Part shown: positions 11,191-21,740 of the stretch, piece by piece
Layout of the letters: each line of letters begins with the position of its first letter
How positions within the stretch are numbered: position 1 is the first letter of the stretch
Assembly (NCBI GenBank): GCA_029261055.1
Contig: JAJDCA010000037.1
Coordinates: 82,818 to 146,817, forward strand
Direction of reading: 5' to 3'
DNA from: Candidatus Omnitrophota bacterium
GTDB lineage: Bacteria > Omnitrophota > Gorgyraeia > Zapsychrales > Zapsychraceae
DNA: 64,000 nucleotides
Program-made: the position numbers and the translations under genes
The notes under the pieces: model-generated
Seen by the model: the letters and a program-made list of their open reading frames with translations, nothing else
Database searches by the model: none
What the model was told of the DNA's origin: nothing

Positions 11191-13665
11191 CTATATTGGG
11201 TTAGTGAATGTGGGATCTACTCCACGCATTCTTATTTGTACACCTGCATAAAAAACATTTGGACTTAAAGGATTGTCACTTGTTTGGTCAGCATAGTTCC
11301 ATACAAAACTATGTTGTGCGCCAACTATACCAGATGGATCTGCTGACTTATTACTAGTATCTATATTATTAATGGTGCCAACTGATTTCCATTCAGTACC
11401 ATCATCTATAGAATACTGAACCTCAACGTTTATATTTCTCCAAAATGGCCAATCAAAAGTCTCATAGTCAATTGTTACTGTTTTGTTTACTGGATCATGA
11501 CTAGGGTTTGGTCTAGCTTGTGTTCCCGAACATATAATTACTTCTGGATCATACAAATCTATTGGAACTAATCCATTTAGCTGCTTGCTATCTCTTACGT
11601 GATTTATTAGTCTCCAATTGGAGGCAGTATTAAGTTCAAACACCATTGTTCCACCATCGCTATAGTCCTCACTAAACATAACTTTCATCGTGTTATCAAC
11701 TTCATCTACAAATGCGGATATGTGATAATTTCTACATCCTGTATAGTCTAATCCACTTGAACCAACTCCAGATGGAGAATACACTCCACCACTGCCAGAT
11801 GCGAGTGGTATACCTGCCTCTCTACCAGATGCAGCATTAATGAAACCATATCCGCCAGGGTTAACTACTGTTGTTGGATATAATGATCTTACCCTGCGTG
11901 TGTATGATAAAGGTACTCTCAATTGATCAAACGCTGTTCCTTCATCGTCTAATATAACTCCACTCGTTCCAACATTCTGATCAAAACTGTTGATTGCATT
12001 TACACCAGATGCCCATGTATCAAGAACACCCTCTTGTGAGAATCCAGATGGTCCTGCCATTCCAGATGTTGACGGATAGTCTAAAGTATTATTACCATCT
12101 GGCAAAATTCCAGAAGGGAACGATAGTTCTGGAGTTGCAGAAAATCTATATGGCGCTATTTGGCTTGTCCAGTCTACTAATAATCCGCTTGGTTTTATTA
12201 TTCCGCTAGCTGGTAAAGATGAACTTTGATCTGCCCAAGTAACTCCGTCTGTTGAAGTAGCCCAAAACACACCACGACCAAATCCAGGATTACCAGCATT
12301 GTCATCTTTAGCTACATTAAAGTTAGATTTAAAATTAAGAAATGCATGTAGTTCACCATTAAATGATATTAGTTTACAACGATATGCAGAAGATCCTCCC
12401 CATGGACTACCAAGTATTGGATTTTCTGATAAAGATCCACCGAATATTCCAGAAGAAGACAATGTTTCAATTGAGGTTAAATCTGCAACCTCTCTTATTC
12501 CACCTGGCCTGACAAGAAAAATATTACCGAGATTGTTCAACATGAATATATCGCCATCATGAGAAGCTAGCGATCTAGAAGCCGGTCCACCAAATGAGTC
12601 AACCTCTCTTCTCGTTGCATAGTTTGACATTTGCGTTGGTGTTGTTCTGGTTGCTATGCCATTTGAATGAACATCAGACGCCCTTTCGTCATTTATTATC
12701 TGCATTTTGCCACCAGGACTAACACACATTAAATTATATTGAGTCGCAGCCCAAACATGACCCTTGTGATACAATATATCATGTATGTTAGTGGATAGGT
12801 CTGGCATATTCTCTTTTCCACCATTTTTAATGCCACAGTACTGATCTACATTTCCTGGCGCTCCACCAAAACCGGCCTGAAATCTAGAATCTAGTAATAT
12901 GTCTGGACTATCTAAATTTCCGCCTTCACCCTTCCATCCAGACCCAAGCTCTGCTCCATATTGCGAAACACTTGATACTGAAGATACAAACTTATGATGA
13001 GGAAATCTGGCATTCCATAATCCATAGCTGTAAGCCTCTGCATCTTTTGTTTTGAATGCCCAAAATAATCCACCGCCTGCAATTTTTTTAAATCCAAACA
13101 TCTCTTGAAATCCAGCAGGATTATAATAAAATGGCTGCATCCAATTAAAACCATCTTGCATTACAAACTGCAATAGGTCTACCCTTTGTGTTGAGTCAAA
13201 GTTTGAGGCACCATTCTCATCTTCAAATGAGTTTATTCTTGGTTGGCCTCTACCGGCTGTGCTTAACAATGGTACGTTTGGATGATATTGAAAAAAACCA
13301 GAGGCAGGTTGTCCGTATGGTTGAAATGCATATCCAATATTTCTATTATTGGTTGCACCATCTATAAAACAATTTGTTAGATGATTTCTAAACCACTCAA
13401 CCTGCACATGGCTAAATGTCATCTCATATGCTGCCAATTTTGTTGGAAATCCAGCATTATATATATTACTACCATCGTTTGCTGGAGAGGTTGGTATTCT
13501 TACATTTTGCGCAGACGCAAACTGAGTATCGTCATCGTATCCTTTTGGGTATGGCAATTGTACAGCCTGACCACTAGGGCCGAATATAACCGCAAACGGC
13601 CAACCTTCACCCTGATCCCTGTCTCTAATTCCACCTGATGCGTAGTATCTTTTTCCAGCCATCAA
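11191..13665 (-). CDS. Large tail tip/baseplate protein (824 aa), in a Tal-like position, with propeller-like repeats
   Basis: Second ORF downstream of the TMP/Dit pair. Repeat motifs (NGELHAFLNF, HDGDIFMLNNLGNIFLVRP, KGHVWAATQYN) resemble those of the 594-aa neighbour. Confidence 0.45.
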   Translation of the reverse strand: MMAGKRYYASGGIRDRDQGEGWPFAVIFGPSGQAVQLPYPKGYDDDTQFASAQNVRIPTSPANDGSNIYNAGFPTKLAAYEMTFSHVQVEWFRNHLTNCFIDGATNNRNIGYAFQPYGQPASGFFQYHPNVPLLSTAGRGQPRINSFEDENGASNFDSTQRVDLLQFVMQDGFNWMQPFYYNPAGFQEMFGFKKIAGGGLFWAFKTKDAEAYSYGLWNARFPHHKFVSSVSSVSQYGAELGSGWKGEGGNLDSPDILLDSRFQAGFGGAPGNVDQYCGIKNGGKENMPDLSTNIHDILYHKGHVWAATQYNLMCVSPGGKMQIINDERASDVHSNGIATRTTPTQMSNYATRREVDSFGGPASRSLASHDGDIFMLNNLGNIFLVRPGGIREVADLTSIETLSSSGIFGGSLSENPILGSPWGGSSAYRCKLISFNGELHAFLNFKSNFNVAKDDNAGNPGFGRGVFWATSTDGVTWADQSSSLPASGIIKPSGLLVDWTSQIAPYRFSATPELSFPSGILPDGNNTLDYPSTSGMAGPSGFSQEGVLDTWASGVNAINSFDQNVGTSGVILDDEGTAFDQLRVPLSYTRRVRSLYPTTVVNPGGYGFINAASGREAGIPLASGSGGVYSPSGVGSSGLDYTGCRNYHISAFVDEVDNTMKVMFSEDYSDGGTMVFELNTASNWRLINHVRDSKQLNGLVPIDLYDPEVIICSGTQARPNPSHDPVNKTVTIDYETFDWPFWRNINVEVQYSIDDGTEWKSVGTINNIDTSNKSADPSGIVGAQHSFVWNYADQTSDNPLSPNVFYAGVQIRMRGVDPTFTNPI

Positions 13666-13683
13666 ACCTTACCTTTTGCGAAT

Positions 13684-14229
13684 TTATCTAAATTCATAAC
13701 TACATCTGTAAACATGACCACCCGCTGCACCGCCATAAACATTTGGCGGAACGTCTGTGTCTACGCTGACACTTAGATAGATATATTCAGTTACTTCGTC
13801 ATCAGATGCTATCCCACTAATCTCTGGCCAACCATCCTGCCTAAATAGATTTTGACCACTTGGTAGTGCTGTTGGTATGAATAAACCAGACGCATCTGTT
13901 AATTCTATATCCTGAATCCATGTGCCAGACGGAAATCCATTGAAAAAAAATGTACCTGTTGCATAATCAGAAAAATCTGGAATCCAGAATCTCATATTAA
14001 ATATAGCTTCATTGGCACCATTCATCGCGTCAACGGCAGCAGTAACTACACACGTAGAGCTATGTACCTTTTCGTTAGTATTATTAACATCTCCAAAATC
14101 AAGCTCTTGATCTGCCGCTGTTCCAATCTGTTTAACATATGTATCACTAGAAGTTAAGTGTCTAGATCCAGAAGGACTTACACCGCTTGCAGCCCAGTAC
14201 GACCATCTAATTGTTGGTGGAGTAGCCAT
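13684..14229 (-). CDS. Tail-module protein
   Basis: 181-aa ORF between the Dit-like and tip protein genes. Confidence 0.4.
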   Translation of the reverse strand: MATPPTIRWSYWAASGVSPSGSRHLTSSDTYVKQIGTAADQELDFGDVNNTNEKVHSSTCVVTAAVDAMNGANEAIFNMRFWIPDFSDYATGTFFFNGFPSGTWIQDIELTDASGLFIPTALPSGQNLFRQDGWPEISGIASDDEVTEYIYLSVSVDTDVPPNVYGGAAGGHVYRCSYEFR

Positions 14230-14238
14230 TTTATCCCC

Positions 14239-15591
14239 TTACAGTATTACTGGCCCAGTTACCTTTGCTTCGCTCAAGCTTTTAGTATACGTCCATTGTA
14301 ATGACCATTGTATGGTGTTTGAATCCTGATTTTCTGTTGTCTGCTGCTGTGTTTGTCTGAGTGTAATATAGTTAGCTGGCAACGGTCTTAGTGCATTTAT
14401 CTTACCCTCTACAAAATTCTTTAAATCCGTAAATGCAAATCCCTGTTTCCCAACCGCCGATCCTGTTATACTAAATGTTCCCTCTGTTGGGGTAGATACA
14501 TCTTGCACTACATTACCAAGAGATCTTTCAAATATTGGAAAAGATGCAAATAGTCTAATTGGTTGAGTATCTGCTACTTGAATATCAAACGTCTTTACAC
14601 CTGATGGAAGGTTGTCTGCATCATCATCTGTATATTGTGCAGTATAACCAACTGTTCCCAAGAAGCTATTTTTGGAAACACTAAAATTATTAAATTGACT
14701 AGTGTATAAAGTATCAGAGCCACCAAATTCACTGTAAACACCAGATGCATCACCTGGCAGTTGTAGTTTAATTGTATTAAATGCATCTAAAGCACGAGCA
14801 AATGCAACGTCTCCGCGCCCCAAGCCCTGTATATTTCCCTGAAGACCAACAGTAGTTATGCCGTCTTCACCTTCTTCATATGTTGCTTCTTGTACATGGA
14901 CAAAGTTGCCAGAAGACAGCGTAAACGACTCATTTACTGAAACAGAACCTTGTGCAACATCTACTGCCTCAGTTCTAAGACCCTCAAATGCTGTTGCTGT
15001 TCCACTAACAGATGCGAATGCAGGATGATTAGGTGGTACATTTCCGTAACCAACTCTACCTAAAACAAATGCTCTGGCATTAGTAACATTATTGCTTATT
15101 CCAGATCCGGCAGTATTGAGACCGACTGCTGAAATACTGTGCGTAGCATTAACTGTTCTTCTATCATCTGCCTCGTCAAAGTTCCATGCCTCAGAAAAAC
15201 TTTGTATTCCTGTATTATAAAAATCTTCTTGATAGCTGGCATTGAATGTATAATTAAGTCTATCCGCCCATGTGCCTTGTGGACTTGGATCACCTTCAAA
15301 GTTCACGTCTGAAATTTTAGGGTAAATACCACTAAGAACTGCCGAACCGTCATCGGTTATTAATAATTGCTGATTTCCAGATGCTAATGCATCGGTCAAC
15401 TCTTGGCGGCGTTGCATGACAGAGGAAAAGTTACCGCTTTCACCGGCCAATTCAAGGAATATACCATCGAATCCTATAACGTGCTGAATTCCAACTTCGT
15501 CAAGCTTTCCATCTCTTAAATAATTTGTTTGCCAATTTAATATTGGTGTTGGCACAAATTCAAAGTCACCATAAAATACTCTTATCGACAT
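14239..15591 (-). CDS. Distal tail protein candidate (Dit-like position)
   Basis: Lies immediately downstream of the tape measure gene. Its ATG overlaps the TMP stop (TAATG at 15589-15593), indicating translational coupling. Confidence 0.45.
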   Translation of the reverse strand: MSIRVFYGDFEFVPTPILNWQTNYLRDGKLDEVGIQHVIGFDGIFLELAGESGNFSSVMQRRQELTDALASGNQQLLITDDGSAVLSGIYPKISDVNFEGDPSPQGTWADRLNYTFNASYQEDFYNTGIQSFSEAWNFDEADDRRTVNATHSISAVGLNTAGSGISNNVTNARAFVLGRVGYGNVPPNHPAFASVSGTATAFEGLRTEAVDVAQGSVSVNESFTLSSGNFVHVQEATYEEGEDGITTVGLQGNIQGLGRGDVAFARALDAFNTIKLQLPGDASGVYSEFGGSDTLYTSQFNNFSVSKNSFLGTVGYTAQYTDDDADNLPSGVKTFDIQVADTQPIRLFASFPIFERSLGNVVQDVSTPTEGTFSITGSAVGKQGFAFTDLKNFVEGKINALRPLPANYITLRQTQQQTTENQDSNTIQWSLQWTYTKSLSEAKVTGPVIL

Positions 15592-18500
15592 TAGAAGCCC
15601 CTTGAGTTTACAATCTGCGCTTCATTCAACCTAGTTAAAAGACCAACCACAACCTCTTTGAGTGCTGCCTGCTCTTCTCTACTGGCGAAAGTCCCAAACC
15701 TCTCCTGTAAAGAGTTATTGATTGCACTATCTAGTGAATCTAATCCTCTTACATCTACTGTACGATTTGAATCAACCTGCACTGATATATTTTGTTCAAC
15801 TAGAGCAGCGCTGTCTAGCCTTGAAATCAAGGTGTTTACTGCTGCATTTAGCGCCACTGCCATAGATTCTAAAGATCCAGTTGTGGCAGCATTACCATCT
15901 TGTGCATTTGTTTTAGGAACTGGCCTTAACCCCATACCTCTAGCCTGTGTTCTAGTCAATACAGTTTCAGATGTATTAGCCAACATTAATCGTGAACCTG
16001 GAGGCATTCCTCTTTTTTCTCTTTGTGCAGCCAACAAGAGTCCATTTATTTCTGATCCAGACAAAGAACCGCTGGCATTGTTTGCAGTGTTTGCACCGCT
16101 GGTAATTGTTGCACTGCCTAGTCTAGCATTAAGCTCTACTAGCTGGTCCACTGCTTCACTTTGTAGATTACGAGACGCGGCCAATACTTCTAAACTTCTT
16201 TGACCTAAAACAAACTGACCAGATAGCTTTTGTAATGCTCCACTAGCTAATGTTGCTTGACGTGAGAATCCAGCCTGTGCCACATTAGCACCTCGTTGCG
16301 CTGCTGCAAGATTTTCCCTAGCCTTAACCTCCTGCTCTTTGGCAGATTCTAGCAGCCCCTTGGCTATATCTTTCTGCTGTCTAGCCTCGTTCAGTTGTTC
16401 AAATGCTATTGTTACTTGTTTTTCTGCTTGGACTACAGCAACCTGCGCTGAGTCTGCTGTTATTTGCGCCAACTGCAATTGCTTGTCTTGTATGTCTGCC
16501 AATATACTTGGGTCTACACCCAGTCTTTCTAGTCCAATTTCGCTTATTGCTCGCTCAAGACCTGGGAATAGATCTGTGAATTGTGATGCTAACTGCAATA
16601 ATTCTGGTGACAAATCTGCACCCTCACCAGCAACAACCTGTTGTGCGGCACTCAATCCTGTTTGCAAATCTCCAAATTGATCAAGTGTTGCTGTGGCAGC
16701 ACGAGTACCAAGACTTTGAATAGCACTAAACTGGCTTTGGAATATATTCAGTGCTTCTTGTGCTGTATTAGCTCTAATCTCAAGGATTTTTTCTTCGCTA
16801 ACTCCGATGATGTCAGCAGTTGTGGCAGATATTTCACTAAGTGCTGCCACCTGTTCTGCAAATGACCTAAATGCTCCTGTAGAATTCAATACACTAATTC
16901 TAGCAGAGGTAACAGCAATGTTGTAACTAACCTGCGCATCCGAAGCAGCTTGTAGTGCGGTGCTCATTCTTTCCTGTGCAGAAGCAACTTGTTCAGAAGC
17001 CTGAATTAAATTGTCTTGAGCAGATTTAACTTTGTCGGCAGCTTCAGTGGCTTTATCTCTTGCTTCCTTTAATGCTTCTTCTGCGCCTGTAGCACGATCA
17101 GCACTGCTTCTCAACTGTGATAAAATTCTCTCCCTAATAAACTGAACAGCCTCTTCGTTTCTTTGAACTATTTCTTGTTCAGCTTGAGCAGCTCTTCGCT
17201 GTCTTTGAACCGGATCTCTAATTTCAGATATTGATTGAATTATTTCACGACCACGCTCAGCCACTCTTTCAAATGCCTGTAAAGTGTTTCTAACTAAAAT
17301 TGATCCCACAGCACCAAAAGTTCTTCTAGCGTCATCTGAGATGCCCTCAAGTTCATTCTGTATGACTTGTCTGAGTCTTCTTACTGACCCACCACCAGCG
17401 TCTCCGGCTCCGCCAGCATCAATACCTTGAATAAATGACCCAAGCCTTTCTATAAGTTCTTGCTGTTCATTAAATCTTGACTGCTCAGCCTGTAATGTTT
17501 GATCAATTCCATCCAGTCTTATTTGTCTTAATTGCTCTTCATTTCTTTTTAGCTCTTCAAAAGCTTGCGCCTCTAGTTGTGGTTGTAGTTTCAGCTCCAC
17601 CTCTGCCCTAAGAGCACCCTCTTGGTCGGCTATAGCAGAAGAAAGTTGCTTGGCGGCATCATCTAGTGATTGCGCAACCTCTGGAGATGCAGAGCGGATT
17701 TGGTTTGCTAATTGCTGTAATCCTTCTACATTGCGTCTAGCAGATTCTATTTGTCTATCAACATCTGCTGTAGCTGCCTGTAAGGTCGCACCCTGTCGTG
17801 CTTCAAACTGCTGCAATAGCGTCCCGCGATTTTGCTCAACACTTAGTAGATTTCGTTGTATTTCTGCCTGTGTTTGTAGTGCTGAATTTCTATTAAGTAT
17901 TTCTGCTGTTTCACCCCTTGCAACAGATACGGATTCTCTAGATTGAGCAACTATGTCAATAAATAAACCTTGTATATCTTGCAGGTTTGATCTAATGTTT
18001 CCGTCTTCACGAGCCAACTCCTGAGTAATACGAGTCTCTTGTTCTCTTAGTCTCTGTATGTTTGATTGCAGATTCTCTATTTGTTGTTCTCTAGATAATA
18101 GCTGTTCTTTTAACTTTGATTGCTTTACTAATTCATCTGTTATATTTTCTTCTCGTTCTAGGTTTAGTAATCCTTCCAGGTTTGCAACACCAGGCACATC
18201 TTGAAGTACATTTGTTGCACCTACATCACTCAATGCTCCTCCAGCTTCAGCAACCCTCTTGGCTCCAGCTTCTAATTCTGAAACTCTATCAACACTTCTC
18301 TGTATTGCATCACTGAAATCCCCTTGCGCCGCTACCGCTAACTGAAGTTCTGCAACTTGGTTTCTTATATCTTCTGTTAATTGTCCACCTTGCAATTGAG
18401 AGCGAGCACGACTTTCTGTTTGTAGATTAAAAGCCTCGATTGTGTCTTGTATCGTAACACTTTGGTCTTCCAATATGCTTCTACCAGCTTCAAATGCTGC

Positions 18501-21500
18501 CGCTAATCTCTGTGCCGAGTTGGCACTATCATCAAGTCCACGAGTGATGTTTTCAGATATTGCTAAAGCCTGTGATAATGGATCTGTAATACCTCTTAGT
18601 TCTTCTAGTCCACGAACATCAAATTCAGCACGTATTTCGCCACCACGAACTTCTTGCTGAGCTTCTGCAATCTCTCTACGAAACTGACTCTGTGCAGCAA
18701 ATTCATTTACACGATTTGAAAAATCATCAATGGCATTTTTAGATGACTCAAGCGCTCCAGATAAGTCTTGTCCGGCAGATTGCACTAGATCACCAGAACG
18801 AAGAATAATATTTTCTAGATTCAATATAGAGTCTGGATCTAAACTTTCTAATGGACCCTTTATTCTTTCTACAGCGTCTCTAAGTAGGTCTCCACCAAAC
18901 CCTTGTTGCAGGTCTCTTATCGTAAAGTTTCCTGCTGTAGCTAATGCACTCTGAAAATCTAAAGCAGCTTTACTATTTGCCTCTTCATTTTTAGCAAATC
19001 TAATTAATGCCCCACCAGCAGCTATTAGTCCGGCCAATAAGCCAAATTTAATGCTACCTGTTAAGGCACCGAACGTTACACCAAGTTGTAATGCTTGGCT
19101 TGTTGCGTCTATTCCAGCAGCGGCAAATGCATCGTTGGCGGTTTTGCCAGCTTTAAAAGAGTCTGACAGTTTATCCAATTGCCCACCAGCTATATTAGAT
19201 ATTGCACCCAGTGCCGCTATGCCAGCAAGTCTTCGTTGACCCGCAACCTGAGCCTGTCTATCTTCTGGGGCACCGGCACCACTGAAAAAGCCACCTATCG
19301 CCTGCCTTGGGTTCCTTAACGTATCTCTTAAACTGTTTAGAGATCCTGTTAATCTCTCTAAGCCTCTTCCACCTAATCCTCTTAATCCACCTCTACCAGC
19401 AGCACCGACCGCTGCTCCAGCTTGACCAACAACCTGCCTTACCGGCGTTTGTGCAATTTGTGATATTCTTTGACGTAATCCTAGCTGTTTTTCTAGTTGT
19501 AGATTTACACCACGCTCTTTACCTTCTAATGTTGTTGTACTGCTACCAATTCTTTCTAGTGTGCCTCTAATTAATCCACCAATTTGTAGAAATTGTCTAA
19601 ATCCATTTACTAGAGATGATATTATTCTGCCGCCAACAGCCAATAGTCCTGTAGCCACCGCACCTCTTAATGCACCTGATATGGTTTGCACCACTTTACC
19701 TGCATCATTGAAGCTACTGCTTAGGTCAGAAACAACCTGTAAAACTGTAGTGGTCGTGGTTAAAACGTCTGACATTAAGCCGCGCAATCGTCCAGCACCT
19801 TCTGCACCTTCTGTAGTTCCGGCTAATGTGTTTACCAATTCATCAAATACAGATACTACTTTGCGACCTTGTGCTGCAAGTGTACTTAGTTCTTTTTCAT
19901 TTTTTGATAATGCTACACCAGAAGAATTAGCCTGTAATGCAACCAACTCTTGTGTTTTGCTAAAATTGTTTAGAATACCTGCAAAAATATTGAACTGCCT
20001 ACGACCACCAACCAAAAGACCAATTTGGTTACGTTGTGCAATACTTGTAACATCAAACACTTTCGCCAGTTTGCCTAGTACAGTTACCAAGTCGTCTCCT
20101 TGACGAATATTGGCACCAAATTGATTACCAACTTCTCTAAGTCGGTCGGCATTTGAAACTGCACGAGTAAAAATTGTCTTTAATGCTGTACCAACAGTAC
20201 CAGCTTGCAATTGCGTTTCTTCTAATGTTCCGGCAATGATACCTAATAATTGCTCAAACCCAACGCCTGATTCACGAGCGGCAGATGCAGATCTTAAAAA
20301 TGCTTGACCCACTGCACCAGCGGTTGTTGCAGCATTATCAGCAGTTACAGATAATCTGTCTAAAAATTCTATCGGGTTTTCTAAACTATCTCCGAAAACT
20401 TGTAATGCTGAAGTAATTAGTCTCGTTGAATCTGCGGCGTTTAGTTCAGATATATTTGTTGCCACTAGTGCGGCTTCTGCTCGCTCAAGTGCATCTTCTA
20501 CCCCTAAACCAGCACGAACAAATGTACCAAAAGCAGTAGAAACTTCGTCAAATGATCTAGATGTATTTCTTGCTACATCAAATAATCCTTCTGAAACACG
20601 AGCTAATTCTTGTGGAGTTGCATTCAGTACTTTATTTAAGTCCTGAATAACGCTATCAAATCTAACGATACTATCTAATGTTGCACTAAACAATTGCTGT
20701 GCTGCTATGATGGCTCTAACAGAGATAAGATACTGTCCGAACCTTGCTGTTATTTGGCCTAGTCTAGCGCCGAACACTTCAGCAGAACTTCCAGACTGTC
20801 TTAATACATTAGTAAGTTGTCTGGTTGAGCGAGTAGCGGCGTCCTCTGACTGGACCAACTTTAGATTTGCTCTTGCTAAAGCCCCCGCCTCGTTCGCCCT
20901 TCTTTGGAGCTGCATCTGTTCTAAGGCAGCTCTTGTTTGTGTTGCCCTACTTTGGACTTCAGATAAACGACCTGCGGCATTGCGAAGATTGGTTGACAAT
21001 GTTGCGGATTGCGTAGCGGCATCACCAAAGGATTGACGAACTTCCGTTAATCTACTTGCAGTATTGCGTAGGTTGCTGGTTAGAGTTGTGGATTGTCCGG
21101 CAAGGTCTCTAAAGGTTTGTTGCAGGTTTCTAAACCCCTGAACCTGTCTACTAACGCCACTTAACTGAGTTGTAGCTGTTCCAAGATTTTTAAATTCAGC
21201 AGCTAGCGTTCTAATGCGATCAGGATCTATTTTGCCTATGTCAGATCCAGGAACAGTGGCACTTTGTCTTTGCTCAAATTGACGACGAGCGTTGGCTGCT
21301 AATGCATCTCCAGTACCCCTAGCAGGGGTTGTTCTAACCTCCACATTGGATAGTTGGCCTTTTAATTGTCTAATTGCCGCTGCTGCTATTTGTGCAGATC
21401 CAATAGTAAATGGTATTCTCTTGAAGCTTTGCTGTAGTGTACTTTTGCCTGATCTACCAAATGATGTTTTCTGTACTGAAAATGCAATACTTCCAAAAGA

Positions 21501-21728
21501 TGTTTTAAGTTCTCTTTTACTCTCTGCTGAAAACTTTGCTTTGCCAATCCTAAAAGCTATTGTGGAGAATGAATCTTTTATACTAGTTTTTGCTGCCGAC
21601 GAGAATGCCACGCGCTCAATACTAACTGTCGCTGCTCCAATGGCTTTAGCAATCTGTTGGCGTATAGCTTTAACATCTACATCACGAGGTTGAAATTCAA
21701 CACCCAGCTTTAGTATAAAGTCAGCCAT
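15591..21728 (-). CDS. Tail length tape measure protein (2045 aa)
   Basis: Very long, Ala/Gln/Leu/Ser-rich, predicted helical ORF. N-terminus carries repeated (S/T)F..IAF motifs. Tandem 28-aa repeats occur (QSTTLTSNLRNTASRLTEVRQSFGDAAT / QSATLSTNLRNAAGRLSEVQSRATQTRA). Sits between chaperone-like genes and distal tail genes. Confidence 0.85.
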   Translation of the reverse strand: MADFILKLGVEFQPRDVDVKAIRQQIAKAIGAATVSIERVAFSSAAKTSIKDSFSTIAFRIGKAKFSAESKRELKTSFGSIAFSVQKTSFGRSGKSTLQQSFKRIPFTIGSAQIAAAAIRQLKGQLSNVEVRTTPARGTGDALAANARRQFEQRQSATVPGSDIGKIDPDRIRTLAAEFKNLGTATTQLSGVSRQVQGFRNLQQTFRDLAGQSTTLTSNLRNTASRLTEVRQSFGDAATQSATLSTNLRNAAGRLSEVQSRATQTRAALEQMQLQRRANEAGALARANLKLVQSEDAATRSTRQLTNVLRQSGSSAEVFGARLGQITARFGQYLISVRAIIAAQQLFSATLDSIVRFDSVIQDLNKVLNATPQELARVSEGLFDVARNTSRSFDEVSTAFGTFVRAGLGVEDALERAEAALVATNISELNAADSTRLITSALQVFGDSLENPIEFLDRLSVTADNAATTAGAVGQAFLRSASAARESGVGFEQLLGIIAGTLEETQLQAGTVGTALKTIFTRAVSNADRLREVGNQFGANIRQGDDLVTVLGKLAKVFDVTSIAQRNQIGLLVGGRRQFNIFAGILNNFSKTQELVALQANSSGVALSKNEKELSTLAAQGRKVVSVFDELVNTLAGTTEGAEGAGRLRGLMSDVLTTTTTVLQVVSDLSSSFNDAGKVVQTISGALRGAVATGLLAVGGRIISSLVNGFRQFLQIGGLIRGTLERIGSSTTTLEGKERGVNLQLEKQLGLRQRISQIAQTPVRQVVGQAGAAVGAAGRGGLRGLGGRGLERLTGSLNSLRDTLRNPRQAIGGFFSGAGAPEDRQAQVAGQRRLAGIAALGAISNIAGGQLDKLSDSFKAGKTANDAFAAAGIDATSQALQLGVTFGALTGSIKFGLLAGLIAAGGALIRFAKNEEANSKAALDFQSALATAGNFTIRDLQQGFGGDLLRDAVERIKGPLESLDPDSILNLENIILRSGDLVQSAGQDLSGALESSKNAIDDFSNRVNEFAAQSQFRREIAEAQQEVRGGEIRAEFDVRGLEELRGITDPLSQALAISENITRGLDDSANSAQRLAAAFEAGRSILEDQSVTIQDTIEAFNLQTESRARSQLQGGQLTEDIRNQVAELQLAVAAQGDFSDAIQRSVDRVSELEAGAKRVAEAGGALSDVGATNVLQDVPGVANLEGLLNLEREENITDELVKQSKLKEQLLSREQQIENLQSNIQRLREQETRITQELAREDGNIRSNLQDIQGLFIDIVAQSRESVSVARGETAEILNRNSALQTQAEIQRNLLSVEQNRGTLLQQFEARQGATLQAATADVDRQIESARRNVEGLQQLANQIRSASPEVAQSLDDAAKQLSSAIADQEGALRAEVELKLQPQLEAQAFEELKRNEEQLRQIRLDGIDQTLQAEQSRFNEQQELIERLGSFIQGIDAGGAGDAGGGSVRRLRQVIQNELEGISDDARRTFGAVGSILVRNTLQAFERVAERGREIIQSISEIRDPVQRQRRAAQAEQEIVQRNEEAVQFIRERILSQLRSSADRATGAEEALKEARDKATEAADKVKSAQDNLIQASEQVASAQERMSTALQAASDAQVSYNIAVTSARISVLNSTGAFRSFAEQVAALSEISATTADIIGVSEEKILEIRANTAQEALNIFQSQFSAIQSLGTRAATATLDQFGDLQTGLSAAQQVVAGEGADLSPELLQLASQFTDLFPGLERAISEIGLERLGVDPSILADIQDKQLQLAQITADSAQVAVVQAEKQVTIAFEQLNEARQQKDIAKGLLESAKEQEVKARENLAAAQRGANVAQAGFSRQATLASGALQKLSGQFVLGQRSLEVLAASRNLQSEAVDQLVELNARLGSATITSGANTANNASGSLSGSEINGLLLAAQREKRGMPPGSRLMLANTSETVLTRTQARGMGLRPVPKTNAQDGNAATTGSLESMAVALNAAVNTLISRLDSAALVEQNISVQVDSNRTVDVRGLDSLDSAINNSLQERFGTFASREEQAALKEVVVGLLTRLNEAQIVNSRGF

Positions 21729-21740
21729 CTCGGACCTCCG

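Noticed and set aside
15658-21693. Series of plus-strand ORFs (about 60-180 aa) inside the tape measure gene, and similar antisense ORFs inside the terminase, portal and fibre genes (e.g. 4298..4846, 34506..35087, 36743..37126)
   Set aside because: These are antisense shadows of long, compositionally biased minus-strand genes. They have low-complexity translations and no RBS. The coding strand is unambiguous from the long ORFs.
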